Shown here in pieces: positions 9,801 to 16,766 of a DNA stretch of 31,723 bases. Within the stretch, counting starts at the first letter, position 1. The number at the start of each line of letters is the position of its first letter. The position numbers and the translations under genes are program-made. The notes beneath the pieces were generated by a model. The model saw nothing but the letters and a program-made list of their open reading frames with translations, was not told the origin of the DNA and searched no databases. The DNA is from Myxococcales bacterium. Lineage in GTDB: Bacteria > Myxococcota_A > UBA9042 > JABWCM01 > BTVJ01. The DNA lies in assembly GCA_045863395.1 (NCBI GenBank), contig BTVJ01000088.1, positions 1 through 31,723 of the forward strand, given 5' to 3'.

Positions 9801-10394
9801 TCGGACGGGACGGCGACCGGCGAGGGTGACGAGACCCTGTCGGGGATCGCGGCGATCTCCTACCGCACCTACCTGGCCCCTGCCGAGCCGGAGCGGCGCC
9901 GGGAGGTCCTTCAGGTGCTCCTGGGGGCCGCCTTCCCCGGCGCCACCATGCGCGAGCTGCACATCGAGGGCCTCGACGACCCGGAGGTCCCGCTTCGCCT
10001 GCGCTATGGATTCGATGCACGGCTGATGGGCGACGAGCGGAGCGTCACCTTCGCCGTGGCGCCCGAGGGGCTGTCCCGCGCCTACCTGGCGCTGGGGGAG
10101 CGGACGACCCCCATGCTCTTCGACGGCCACTACGACGTGGACGCCACGGTGCGGGTCACGCTGCCCCGCGGGCTTCGGGCCGCCTCACTGCCGGCCCCAG
10201 CGACCTTCGAGGATGACTTCGGGTCCTACGACGTCCGGGCGGACGAGACCCCCGAGGGGTTCCTGGTGCGAAAGCGCTGGCGCATGCCGACGCGCATCGT
10301 GTCACCCGAGGACTACCGGGCGTTCACCATCGCGGCGGGCCGCATCGACCGGGCGGACCGCGTCAGGGTTCCGGTGACGGCGCTCAAGGAGTGA
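6813..10394 (+). CDS. Lipoprotein with TPR + DUF3857 + degenerate transglutaminase-like domain
   Basis: ATG 6813 overlaps the upstream TGA (TGATG). Lipobox in MDRVGWLCVALVVAG-C. DUF3857-like EVRTLKADG...MPNLEVGDFIE. WLDPT is retained but the Cys and His motifs are absent. The track start at 5550 is an upstream extension overlapping the previous gene. Confidence 0.85.
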   Translation: MDRVGWLCVALVVAGCAPAASPWTLRADQVDDALALREARIAEDGLAALEAGWLRLLWRNDLAGARDLLASHGSALATLGAAIAAQGSGDATAAVDGWLELLRAGHPALRRLAVAQLADLPEQAPVAERILAALAGVGPTRGALALDLDQLRRSLERRIHGEEPEASTAAVTITGPVAGASFHGGVRAIQAAGGRARETVARNGQLLLHPTRTGVFLVHVPAPMPGSQVLRIDTRASVRAVAVWAGGEQELLMRDATARTEPRVKDTVVELPEGASLALVVLADRPGQTVTVQSAPAEREEALEAPAVVTALVEGWLAERAGDADGARAAADVVASAAPELALADVMRGRAAQMDGSLPRDIATAEARAAFERALARCPGLIPARAGLVRALRDAGAVMEARALLEAGRRLQPDVLRWAVTLAELDAEAGWDADAEGALRAALARHPGSCQARGALAELLWERPQAVDALLAEPPGAGACERTRDLPLRAALRRGEARAVPLAQQAHRSEPEDEAPFQSVVKALLIAERPAEARRALAERAARFGPEAGWSFQEAEAAALAGDAGAARDAWRALVGAPGADAELRHRLALLGFGELWSRLAVDGRGVAADFRTLPGEADAAAVWLLDDTISIWWPDGGAAHRTHVVVRLLTEGAVAEFGEVSVPTGAEILEVRTLKADGTVLEPEDIMEKDTVSMPNLEVGDFIEVALVRYEDPDERFAPGRPSEAFLFRSFDGPVRRARYLIAVPDGMELVSSAQGEGIRALTPVQWPGWRVVGWEALHQPQVQREPLALEPAARLPQVRAALSVTWDDVRRAWRGQIGARLVRSRALEEFARGARGAQRAGTLEGTARQRALALFRAVHGTVRTEGGAGFLLDQATHVLARRRGERVMLLRAALEAAGIPSRILLVHPLDREGADPLDVPGLLRYSWPVIAAEVEGGTAWLDPTLENAPFDYLAPTLQGRPAMDVERDGDLEVTTPRWPLDAERRVIRQSLDLHSDGTATGEGDETLSGIAAISYRTYLAPAEPERRREVLQVLLGAAFPGATMRELHIEGLDDPEVPLRLRYGFDARLMGDERSVTFAVAPEGLSRAYLALGERTTPMLFDGHYDVDATVRVTLPRGLRAASLPAPATFEDDFGSYDVRADETPEGFLVRKRWRMPTRIVSPEDYRAFTIAAGRIDRADRVRVPVTALKE

Positions 10395-11184
10395 GCGCGC
10401 GGGAGACGCCCACCATGACGGGGACCTCGGCCGGGGCGGTGATGCCCCGCGGGGCCGAGGGACCTTGCACATGGAGCTGGGTCGACGAGCCCCCATCGAG
10501 GTTGATGGCGTCGGGGCACCCGAGGCCCCCCTCCGAGGGGGAGCGCCGGAGGATCTCGGCGAACTCGGACAGGACGACCGCGCTCTCGGTGGCGACCAGC
10601 GAGACGCGCCCGTCCGCGTGGAGGCACACGGCCGAGCGGCGGGCGAAGTTGGGCTTGAGGCTCGTCACCTTGCCTCCGACGACGAGGCGCGGGCCGGTCT
10701 GGATGGCGAAGGTGGTGCCGGCCGGTGTCTTCTTGAAGTCGCGGGAGTGCACGATACGCGCCTTGCCTCCAGCCACGTACAGCACGCCCCAGTCGGCCTT
10801 CCGCAGAGGGTAGAGCTGCCTGCCGTCGTCGATGAGCAGGCCCATGGGCTTGCCAGCCTCGTCGAAGAAGCTGCCGTTGACGGCGACGAGCACGTCGTCC
10901 GCCCGCGCCGCCTCCTTGGCGCTCCAGACGTTGCGATCATGCGCGCGGGCGTCGAGGGCCCTGAGTCGAAAGCGGGCGAGATCGACGCGGACGGCGAGGA
11001 TGCGGACGGTCCGCTCCGTCTCGGGGGTCTCCACCTCCAGCCGGGTCCAGTCGAGGCCCGGAGACAGGCTCGCCCAGCCGTCGGAGGGGGCCGCGACAGA
11101 CCACGCCAAGGGGGCGAGGAGCGCGACGCCCATACCCGCGATGAAGATCGCGCAGGTGGAGATGAAGCGGGAGACTGGGGTCAT
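10384..11184 (-). CDS. Phosphodiester glycosidase (NAGPA-like) family secreted protein
   Basis: C-terminal 266 aa of ORF 10384..12963, starting at MTPVSRF with a signal-like hydrophobic stretch. Motifs AVNGSFF, PMGLLIDDG, QTGPRLV, ARRSAV, AINLDGGSST. Confidence 0.85.
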   Translation of the reverse strand: MTPVSRFISTCAIFIAGMGVALLAPLAWSVAAPSDGWASLSPGLDWTRLEVETPETERTVRILAVRVDLARFRLRALDARAHDRNVWSAKEAARADDVLVAVNGSFFDEAGKPMGLLIDDGRQLYPLRKADWGVLYVAGGKARIVHSRDFKKTPAGTTFAIQTGPRLVVGGKVTSLKPNFARRSAVCLHADGRVSLVATESAVVLSEFAEILRRSPSEGGLGCPDAINLDGGSSTQLHVQGPSAPRGITAPAEVPVMVGVSRALTP

Positions 11185-11297
11185 GAGGCTCAACAGACCA
11201 CAAACGGGCGGGCTCGCGCAAGCAGGTGCGCGAGCGGACGTGCACCACCAGGGGCGGGGCCGTGCCCTGCGGGGCGACACGAGGATCGTCACTCCGG

Positions 11298-11326
11298 TTG
11301 CGCCCTCGGGCGACCTGAAGTATCCT
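11298..11326 (+). promoter_or_regulatory. Putative sigma70-type promoter for the Cys-rich lipoprotein gene
   Basis: TTGCGC-N17-TATCCT in the divergent intergenic region. Confidence 0.4.
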
Positions 11327-11532
11327 CGGACCGTCATGACTGAAGCCGTCCTTGCCGGGGCGCCCGGCGCGAGGCAAGGAGACCTGAATCGGGCGCGGCT
11401 CGGGCGCGCCAGACGGCGACCCGGCATGGGACCACGCAGGCAGACGGCCGCGGGGTCGCCGAGTCGTCGGGCGGAATCCGCAGCGCCGGCGGCCGGCGCC
11501 ACACCCCTGAGGATCAGCGAAGGTACAGCGCC

Positions 11533-12684
11533 ATGAGACACCCCCTGCGTCGTAGCCTCCCCTCTCTCGTCGTCCTGACCACCCTGCTCGCGGTGGGCGC
11601 GTGCGCCGACGATGCGACCATCGCCCCCATCGGGTCGGACGCCGACGCCAGCGGCGACGCGCTCGTCGAGGACACCGCGGTGGACGACGCCGCGGACACG
11701 AAGGTCACCGACACGGCGACGGACACGGGTGGCACGGTCCCCGACGCGTCTACGCCAGACGTGCCCGTCACCCCCGACGTCCCCATCATCCCCCCCGACA
11801 TCAACACCGGGGACTGTGACGAGGGCGACCAGTGCTTCGACGGCAACTTCTGCAACGTCGGGGTCTGTGTGGTGGGGACCTGCGAGTTCGCCCCCCGCAC
11901 GTGCAAAGACGACAACGAGTTCACGACGGACTCCTGCAACCCTGCCAAGGGCTGCGAGTTCAAGCTGGTCGGGGACTGCGAGTGCTCGCTGAACAACCAA
12001 TGCGACGACGGCAAGGGCTGCACCCTCGACACGTGCGTCGCGTGCAAGTGCGACCACCAGATCGTCGAGGACTGCGACTGCGTGGACGACGAGGACTGCG
12101 ACGACGACAGCCTGTGCACCACCGAGGCATGCGACTTCGGCAAGTGCGTGTTCTCGGAGGTCGTGTGTCGGGACGCCGACCCGTGCAGCGAGGACTCCTG
12201 CGATCCGAAGACGGGCGCCTGCTCCTTCCCGGGCAAGAAGTGCGACGACAAGGACCCGTGCACCGTGGACTCCTGCGACGCGGGCAGCGGCATGTGCAAG
12301 AACGCGCCGCTGGTGTGCGAGGCGAACGAGCCGTGCATGGACAGCTTCTGCAGCGCAGAGACCGGCAAGTGTGAGACGGAGGAGACGGTGTGTCCGGCGC
12401 AGCCGTGCAAGATCGGCGTGTGCGATCCATCCATGGACCTGTGCTTCTACGACGAGGACACCTGCGACGACGGCTCCGAGTGCACCTCGGACACCTGTGA
12501 CAAGGCCACGGGCTGCGCCAACGAGCCCATCCCCTGTGACGACGGCAACCTGTGCACCATCGACGCCTGCGACGACGTGTTCGGGTGCGTGTCCCAGGAC
12601 CTCGACTGCAACGACGGCGATCCCTCCACGACCGACTCGTGCGACCCCACCAACGGCACCTGCCTCAACGTCAAGATCCCGTGA
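11533..12684 (+). CDS. Cys/Asp-rich repeat lipoprotein (CDDGxxCTxDxC, Dictyostelium-type repeats)
   Basis: Signal peptide with lipobox LAVGA-C, an Asp/Thr/Pro linker, then tandem CDDxxxCTxDxC units. Confidence 0.85.
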   Translation: MRHPLRRSLPSLVVLTTLLAVGACADDATIAPIGSDADASGDALVEDTAVDDAADTKVTDTATDTGGTVPDASTPDVPVTPDVPIIPPDINTGDCDEGDQCFDGNFCNVGVCVVGTCEFAPRTCKDDNEFTTDSCNPAKGCEFKLVGDCECSLNNQCDDGKGCTLDTCVACKCDHQIVEDCDCVDDEDCDDDSLCTTEACDFGKCVFSEVVCRDADPCSEDSCDPKTGACSFPGKKCDDKDPCTVDSCDAGSGMCKNAPLVCEANEPCMDSFCSAETGKCETEETVCPAQPCKIGVCDPSMDLCFYDEDTCDDGSECTSDTCDKATGCANEPIPCDDGNLCTIDACDDVFGCVSQDLDCNDGDPSTTDSCDPTNGTCLNVKIP

Positions 12685-13313
12685 ACCGCGCCTGGCTGGT
12701 CCTCGGGCCGGCTCTCGCCCTCCTGAGCTCCATGCCTGAGGGTCTGGCGCAGCCAGCGCCGTCTGCCGCGCCCGCACTGCGTGCGTGGCTCGACGCGCTG
12801 GAGCGCGGCGACGCGGACGCGGCGTGGGAGCTGCTGGCGCCCGAGGCGCGCCTGGCGCACACGCTGCCGTCCTTTCGCGAGGCCGTGCAGGCGGGACGGG
12901 GAGACTTGATTCGCAAGGCGCGGGCGTGGGTAGACGCCGCGGAGGGCGCCTCGGTTCGCGCAACCGTGACCGTCGGGCGGCTCGAGGTCGAGCTGGAGCC
13001 TTCGGCCGAGGGCTGGCGGCTCACGCGATGGCCGGAGGGGGCAGGCGCCGGTGGGGCGGAGGCCGCCCGCTCCGCGGCTCGGCTGGCGCGCGCCCGGCTC
13101 CTCGACGGGCTCGGCCTCACGCTCGCGCCGGATGCCCGCGCGGCCCTGGCGCGGCGCCTGGAGGAGGCCGCCGGTGCGCTGGACGCGCTGGCTGCTGGAG
13201 GAGAGCCCACGGGCGACGTCATGGAGGCGACCCTGCGGGACGGGGCGGTGGTGCGGCTCGTGCGCCGGGACGACGGGTGGTGGCTCGCGGACCTGCGGTG
13301 GCTGGCGCCCTGA
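12681..13313 (+). CDS. Secreted hypothetical protein (possibly two NTF2-like halves)
   Basis: GTG 12681 overlaps the upstream TGA (GTGA). Signal-like NRAWLVLGPALALL, then AWLDALERGDADAAWELL, with EGWRL and DGWWL strand endings. Confidence 0.65.
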   Translation: MNRAWLVLGPALALLSSMPEGLAQPAPSAAPALRAWLDALERGDADAAWELLAPEARLAHTLPSFREAVQAGRGDLIRKARAWVDAAEGASVRATVTVGRLEVELEPSAEGWRLTRWPEGAGAGGAEAARSAARLARARLLDGLGLTLAPDARAALARRLEEAAGALDALAAGGEPTGDVMEATLRDGAVVRLVRRDDGWWLADLRWLAP

Positions 13314-13352
13314 GCCGCTCACCGGGGGGCTCACTTCGGGCGCGAGCGCAGC

Positions 13353-13382
13353 TTGTCACGCTCGCGGAGCGTGTGCTACGAT
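13353..13382 (+). promoter_or_regulatory. Putative sigma70 promoter of the BMC operon (extended -10)
   Basis: TTGTCA (13353-13358), 18 nt, then TACGAT (13377-13382) preceded by TGn; about 70 nt upstream of ATG 13455. Confidence 0.55.
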
Positions 13383-13454
13383 GCGCCGTCCTGTCACTCG
13401 GGATGAAGAGAACGCAGTGAAATCGCGGCCATCAGGGCCAGTGGACGGCGAAAC

Positions 13455-14072
13455 ATGGTCACGCTCCGCACCTACACCTTCCTCGACAGCCTGCAGCCGC
13501 AGCTCGCCTCGTTCATCGGAAAGACGGCGCGCGGCTTCCTCCCCATCCCCGGCATGGCGTCCCTGTTCGTGGAGATCGCCCCGGGCATCGCCATCAACCG
13601 CGTGCTGGACGTGGCGCTGAAGGCGAACCACGTGGCGCCGGCCATCCTGGTGGTGGAGCGGGCCTTCGGGGTGCTCGAGGTACACGACACGGACAAGGGC
13701 CAGGTGATGGGCGCCGGGCGGGCCATCCTTGACATGCTGGAGATCACGGAGGACCGGCGCGTCAAGCCGAAGGTCGTGTCCAACCAGATCATCCGCGCCA
13801 TCGAGCCCTACCAGGCCCAGATCATCAACCGGGACAGCCAGGGCATGATGATCCTCCCCGGCCAGAGCCTGTTCATCCTGGAGACGGAGCCCGCCGGCTA
13901 CGTGACCTTCGCCGCGAACGAGGCGGAGAAGGCGGCCAACGTGTTCCTGGTGAACATGCGGCCCTTCGGCGCCTTCGGCCGCCTGTGGATGAGCGGCACG
14001 GAGAGCGAGATCGACTCGGCGGCGGAGGCGGCGCTCAACGCGCTGACCCGGCTGGACGGCATCGAGGGGTAA
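13455..14072 (+). CDS. Bacterial microcompartment tandem-domain shell protein BMC-T, double-stacking CcmP/CsoS1D type (like Haliangium BMC-T2)
   Basis: [63 protein letters not shown]. Confidence 0.95.
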   Translation: MVTLRTYTFLDSLQPQLASFIGKTARGFLPIPGMASLFVEIAPGIAINRVLDVALKANHVAPAILVVERAFGVLEVHDTDKGQVMGAGRAILDMLEITEDRRVKPKVVSNQIIRAIEPYQAQIINRDSQGMMILPGQSLFILETEPAGYVTFAANEAEKAANVFLVNMRPFGAFGRLWMSGTESEIDSAAEAALNALTRLDGIEG

Positions 14073-14157
14073 TCCACTTGCGAGAAGCTGACCCGGCCAG
14101 GCCGGGCGCACATTGACCACACGCGGGGCGTGAGAGCCCCGCTCCGGAGGAGCGAAG

Positions 14158-14448
14158 ATGGCAGACGCACTGGGCATGATCGAGACGCGCGGCTTCGTGG
14201 GCATGGTGGAGGCCGCCGACGCCATGGTGAAGGCCGCCAAGGTGGAGCTGGTGGGCTTCGAGAAGATCGGCGGCGGCTACGTCACCGCCATCGTGCGCGG
14301 CGACGTGGCGGCCGTGAAGGCGGCGACGGAGGCCGGCGCGCGGCAGGCCGAGCGCGTAGGCGAGCTGGTCAGCGTGCACGTGATCCCGCGGCCGCACGCC
14401 AACATCGACGAGGTCCTCCCCCTCGGCCGGGGTCCGGCCCAGAAGTAG
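14158..14448 (+). CDS. BMC hexameric shell protein BMC-H (EutM/PduA/CcmK family)
   Basis: [26 protein letters not shown]...[21 protein letters not shown]...HVIPRPH; RBS GGAGGAG. Confidence 0.98.
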   Translation: MADALGMIETRGFVGMVEAADAMVKAAKVELVGFEKIGGGYVTAIVRGDVAAVKAATEAGARQAERVGELVSVHVIPRPHANIDEVLPLGRGPAQK

Positions 14449-14460
14449 AGCGAGGGCGCC

Positions 14461-14757
14461 ATGCAGCTCGGAAGGGTCGTCGGGACCGTGGTCTCGACCC
14501 GCAAGGACGAGGAGCTGGTAGGGCTCCGCTTCCTGGTCGTGCGCGAGCTCGACTCGCAGATGGCCGAGACCGGCAAGATGGTGGTCGCGGCCGACGCGGT
14601 CGGGGCCGGGGTCGACGAGGTGGTCCTGTACGCCTCGGGCTCCAGCGCGCGGCAGACGACCGCCACCAACAACCGCCCGGTGGACGCCACCATCATGGCC
14701 ATCGTGGACACGGTGGAGTATGGCGGCACGGTCCGTTACTCCAAAGCTGACGAGTAG
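14461..14757 (+). CDS. BMC pentameric vertex protein BMC-P (EutN/CcmL family)
   Basis: [15 protein letters not shown]...[31 protein letters not shown]. Confidence 0.97.
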   Translation: MQLGRVVGTVVSTRKDEELVGLRFLVVRELDSQMAETGKMVVAADAVGAGVDEVVLYASGSSARQTTATNNRPVDATIMAIVDTVEYGGTVRYSKADE

Positions 14758-16196
14758 TGGCCATGGACGACCGGAAGATCCAGGAGATCGTCGCCCGGGT
14801 GGTCGCGAAGCTCGCGTCGGATCCGTCCGTGGCGGGGCTCGTCGGTGGGGGCCCGACCATCCATACGCCGCGAGCGAGCGCCGAGGGGAAGAACGGCATC
14901 TTCGGAGACATCGACTCCGCGGTGGCCGCCGCGCGGGTCGCCCACGAGCGGCTCATCGACACGTCGCTTGACGTCCGCCAGAAGGCCATCGCCGCGTGCC
15001 GGGACGTCACGGTGAGGAACGCGGAGGATCTGGCTCGGAGGGCGGTGTCCGAGACCGGCCTTGGCCGCGTGGCGGACAAGATCGAGAAGAACAAGCTCGC
15101 AGCGCTCAAGACCCCGGGCATGGAGGCGCTGGTCCCCGTCGGGTGGACGGGCGACCGCGGCCTCGCCCTGGACGAGCGGGCCCCCTACGGGGTCATCGCC
15201 TGCATTACCCCCTGCACCAACGCCACAGAGACGATCATCAACAACGCCATCGGGATGCTGGCCGGCGGCAACTCCGTGGTGTTCAACGTCCACCCGACGG
15301 CCAAGGAGACGAGCGTCCACTTCATCAGGATGCTCAACCAGGCCATGGTGGCGGTGGGCGCGCCGGACAACCTGTTCTGCTGCATCACGGAGCCGACCAT
15401 CGAGAGCGCCGGGCAGGTGATGAAGCACCCGCTGACGCGCATCGTGGTCGTCACCGGTGGGCCGGCCGTGGTCAAGGCGGCCATGTCGACGGGCAAGAAG
15501 ACCATCGGCGCAGGGCCGGGGAACCCCCCCGTGCTGGTGGACGAGACGGCCAACATCGAGAAGGCGGCGCGGGACATCATCGCGGGCGCCAGCCTCGACA
15601 ACAACATCGTCTGCATCGTCGAGAAGGAGATCTTCGCCGTCGCCTCCATCGCCGACCGGCTGAAGGACGCCATGGTGAAGACCGGCGCCGCGTACCTGCT
15701 CAACGACCGGCAGATCCAGCAGCTCGAGGGCGTGCTCTTCGAAGACGGGCACGTGCGCAAGCACGTGGTCGGGCGCAACGCCGGGGTCATCCTGCGGGAG
15801 ATCGGCGTCAACGTGGGCGACGAGGTGCGCATCGCGTTCGGCGAGGTCCCCGAGAGCCACCCCTTCGTGCAGGTGGAGATGCTGCTCCCCGTGATCCCCC
15901 TCGTGCGGGTGAAGGACGTGGACGCGGGCATCGAGGCCGCCGTTCGCGCCGAGCACGGGTGCTTCCACACGGCGGTCATGCACTCCATGAACATCGACAG
16001 CCTGCACCGCATGGCGCGCGCCGTGAACACGAGCCTGTTCATCAAGAACGGCCCGAGCTTCAGCGGCCTCGGCATGGGCGGAGAGGGGTTCACGAGCTGG
16101 ACCATCGCCGGGCCCACCGGGGAGGGCCTGACCACGGCCTGGCACTTCACGCGCTTCCGGCGCTGCACCCTGGTCGACCACTTCCGCATCGTCTAG
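14757..16196 (+). CDS. CoA-acylating aldehyde dehydrogenase (EutE/PduP family) with N-terminal encapsulation peptide
   Basis: ETGLGRVADKIEKN, PCTNATET, VVTGGPAVV, GAGPGNPP, catalytic NNIVCIVEKE, GGEGFTSWTIAGPTGEG. Amphipathic MDDRKIQEIVARVVAKLA at the N-terminus. Start is GTG 14757 or ATG 14763. Confidence 0.95.
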   Translation: MAMDDRKIQEIVARVVAKLASDPSVAGLVGGGPTIHTPRASAEGKNGIFGDIDSAVAAARVAHERLIDTSLDVRQKAIAACRDVTVRNAEDLARRAVSETGLGRVADKIEKNKLAALKTPGMEALVPVGWTGDRGLALDERAPYGVIACITPCTNATETIINNAIGMLAGGNSVVFNVHPTAKETSVHFIRMLNQAMVAVGAPDNLFCCITEPTIESAGQVMKHPLTRIVVVTGGPAVVKAAMSTGKKTIGAGPGNPPVLVDETANIEKAARDIIAGASLDNNIVCIVEKEIFAVASIADRLKDAMVKTGAAYLLNDRQIQQLEGVLFEDGHVRKHVVGRNAGVILREIGVNVGDEVRIAFGEVPESHPFVQVEMLLPVIPLVRVKDVDAGIEAAVRAEHGCFHTAVMHSMNIDSLHRMARAVNTSLFIKNGPSFSGLGMGGEGFTSWTIAGPTGEGLTTAWHFTRFRRCTLVDHFRIV

Positions 16197-16199
16197 GGG

Positions 16200-16766
16200 G
16201 TGCGAGTGGACCCCGCCCTGGGCCTCATCGAGGTAGGCAGCATCGCCCGCGGCATGATCGTGGTGGACGCCATGGTCAAGAAGGCGCCGGTGCGCGTGGT
16301 GGAGGCGCACCCCACCAGCCCCGGCAAGTGGGTGGTGGTCGTCTCCGGTGGGGTCGCCGAGGTGGAGGAGGCCATGGCGGAGGGCTTGGCCGTGGCCGGG
16401 GACGCCCGCATCGACCACCTGTTCCTGCCACAGGTGCATGACCAGGTGCCCACGGCCATGGCGGGTGGGCGGCTCGTCGGGACGCCAGACCAGGGCGCCA
16501 TCGGCATCGTGGAGACCCACACGGTCGCCAGCGCGGTCCTCGGGGCGGACGCCGCATGCAAGGCGGCGCTGGTGCACATCGTCCAGATGCGGCTCGGGCA
16601 GGGGCTCGGCGGCAAGGCCTTCTTCGTGCTCACCGGCGAGCTGTACGACGTGGAGGCGGCGGCGGAGGCGGCCGAGGGGGTCATCGGGCGCATGCTCCTG
16701 GCGCGGGAGATCGTCCCCCGCCCCCACCCCGACTTCCTGGCCATCTACGGCCTGCACGGCGCGTGA
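16200..16766 (+). CDS. BMC-T single-layer trimer shell protein (PduT-like, like Haliangium BMC-T1)
   Basis: Two BMC domains: ALGLIEVGSIARG..DAMVKKA..SPGKW and IGIVETHT..ADAACKAA..RLGQGLGGKAF..GELYDVEAA..PRPHPD. Confidence 0.93.
   Translation: MRVDPALGLIEVGSIARGMIVVDAMVKKAPVRVVEAHPTSPGKWVVVVSGGVAEVEEAMAEGLAVAGDARIDHLFLPQVHDQVPTAMAGGRLVGTPDQGAIGIVETHTVASAVLGADAACKAALVHIVQMRLGQGLGGKAFFVLTGELYDVEAAAEAAEGVIGRMLLAREIVPRPHPDFLAIYGLHGA

Noticed and set aside
10384..10394. 11-nt 3' overlap of convergent genes
   Set aside because: Common in compact GC-rich genomes; no further signal.
11336..11536. 66-aa ORF overlapping the lipoprotein start (ATGA)
   Set aside because: Poor GC3 bias and low-complexity Arg/Ala/Gly content; more plausibly a leader, though not excluded.
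11185..12963. N-terminal extension of ORF 10384..12963
   Set aside because: It is largely antisense to the Cys-rich lipoprotein; the real protein starts near 11184 with a signal peptide.
13455..16766. Carboxysome, Eut or Pdu assignment and gene symbols for the BMC operon
   Set aside because: No Rubisco, ethanolamine ammonia-lyase, diol dehydratase or glycyl-radical enzyme is present in the window.
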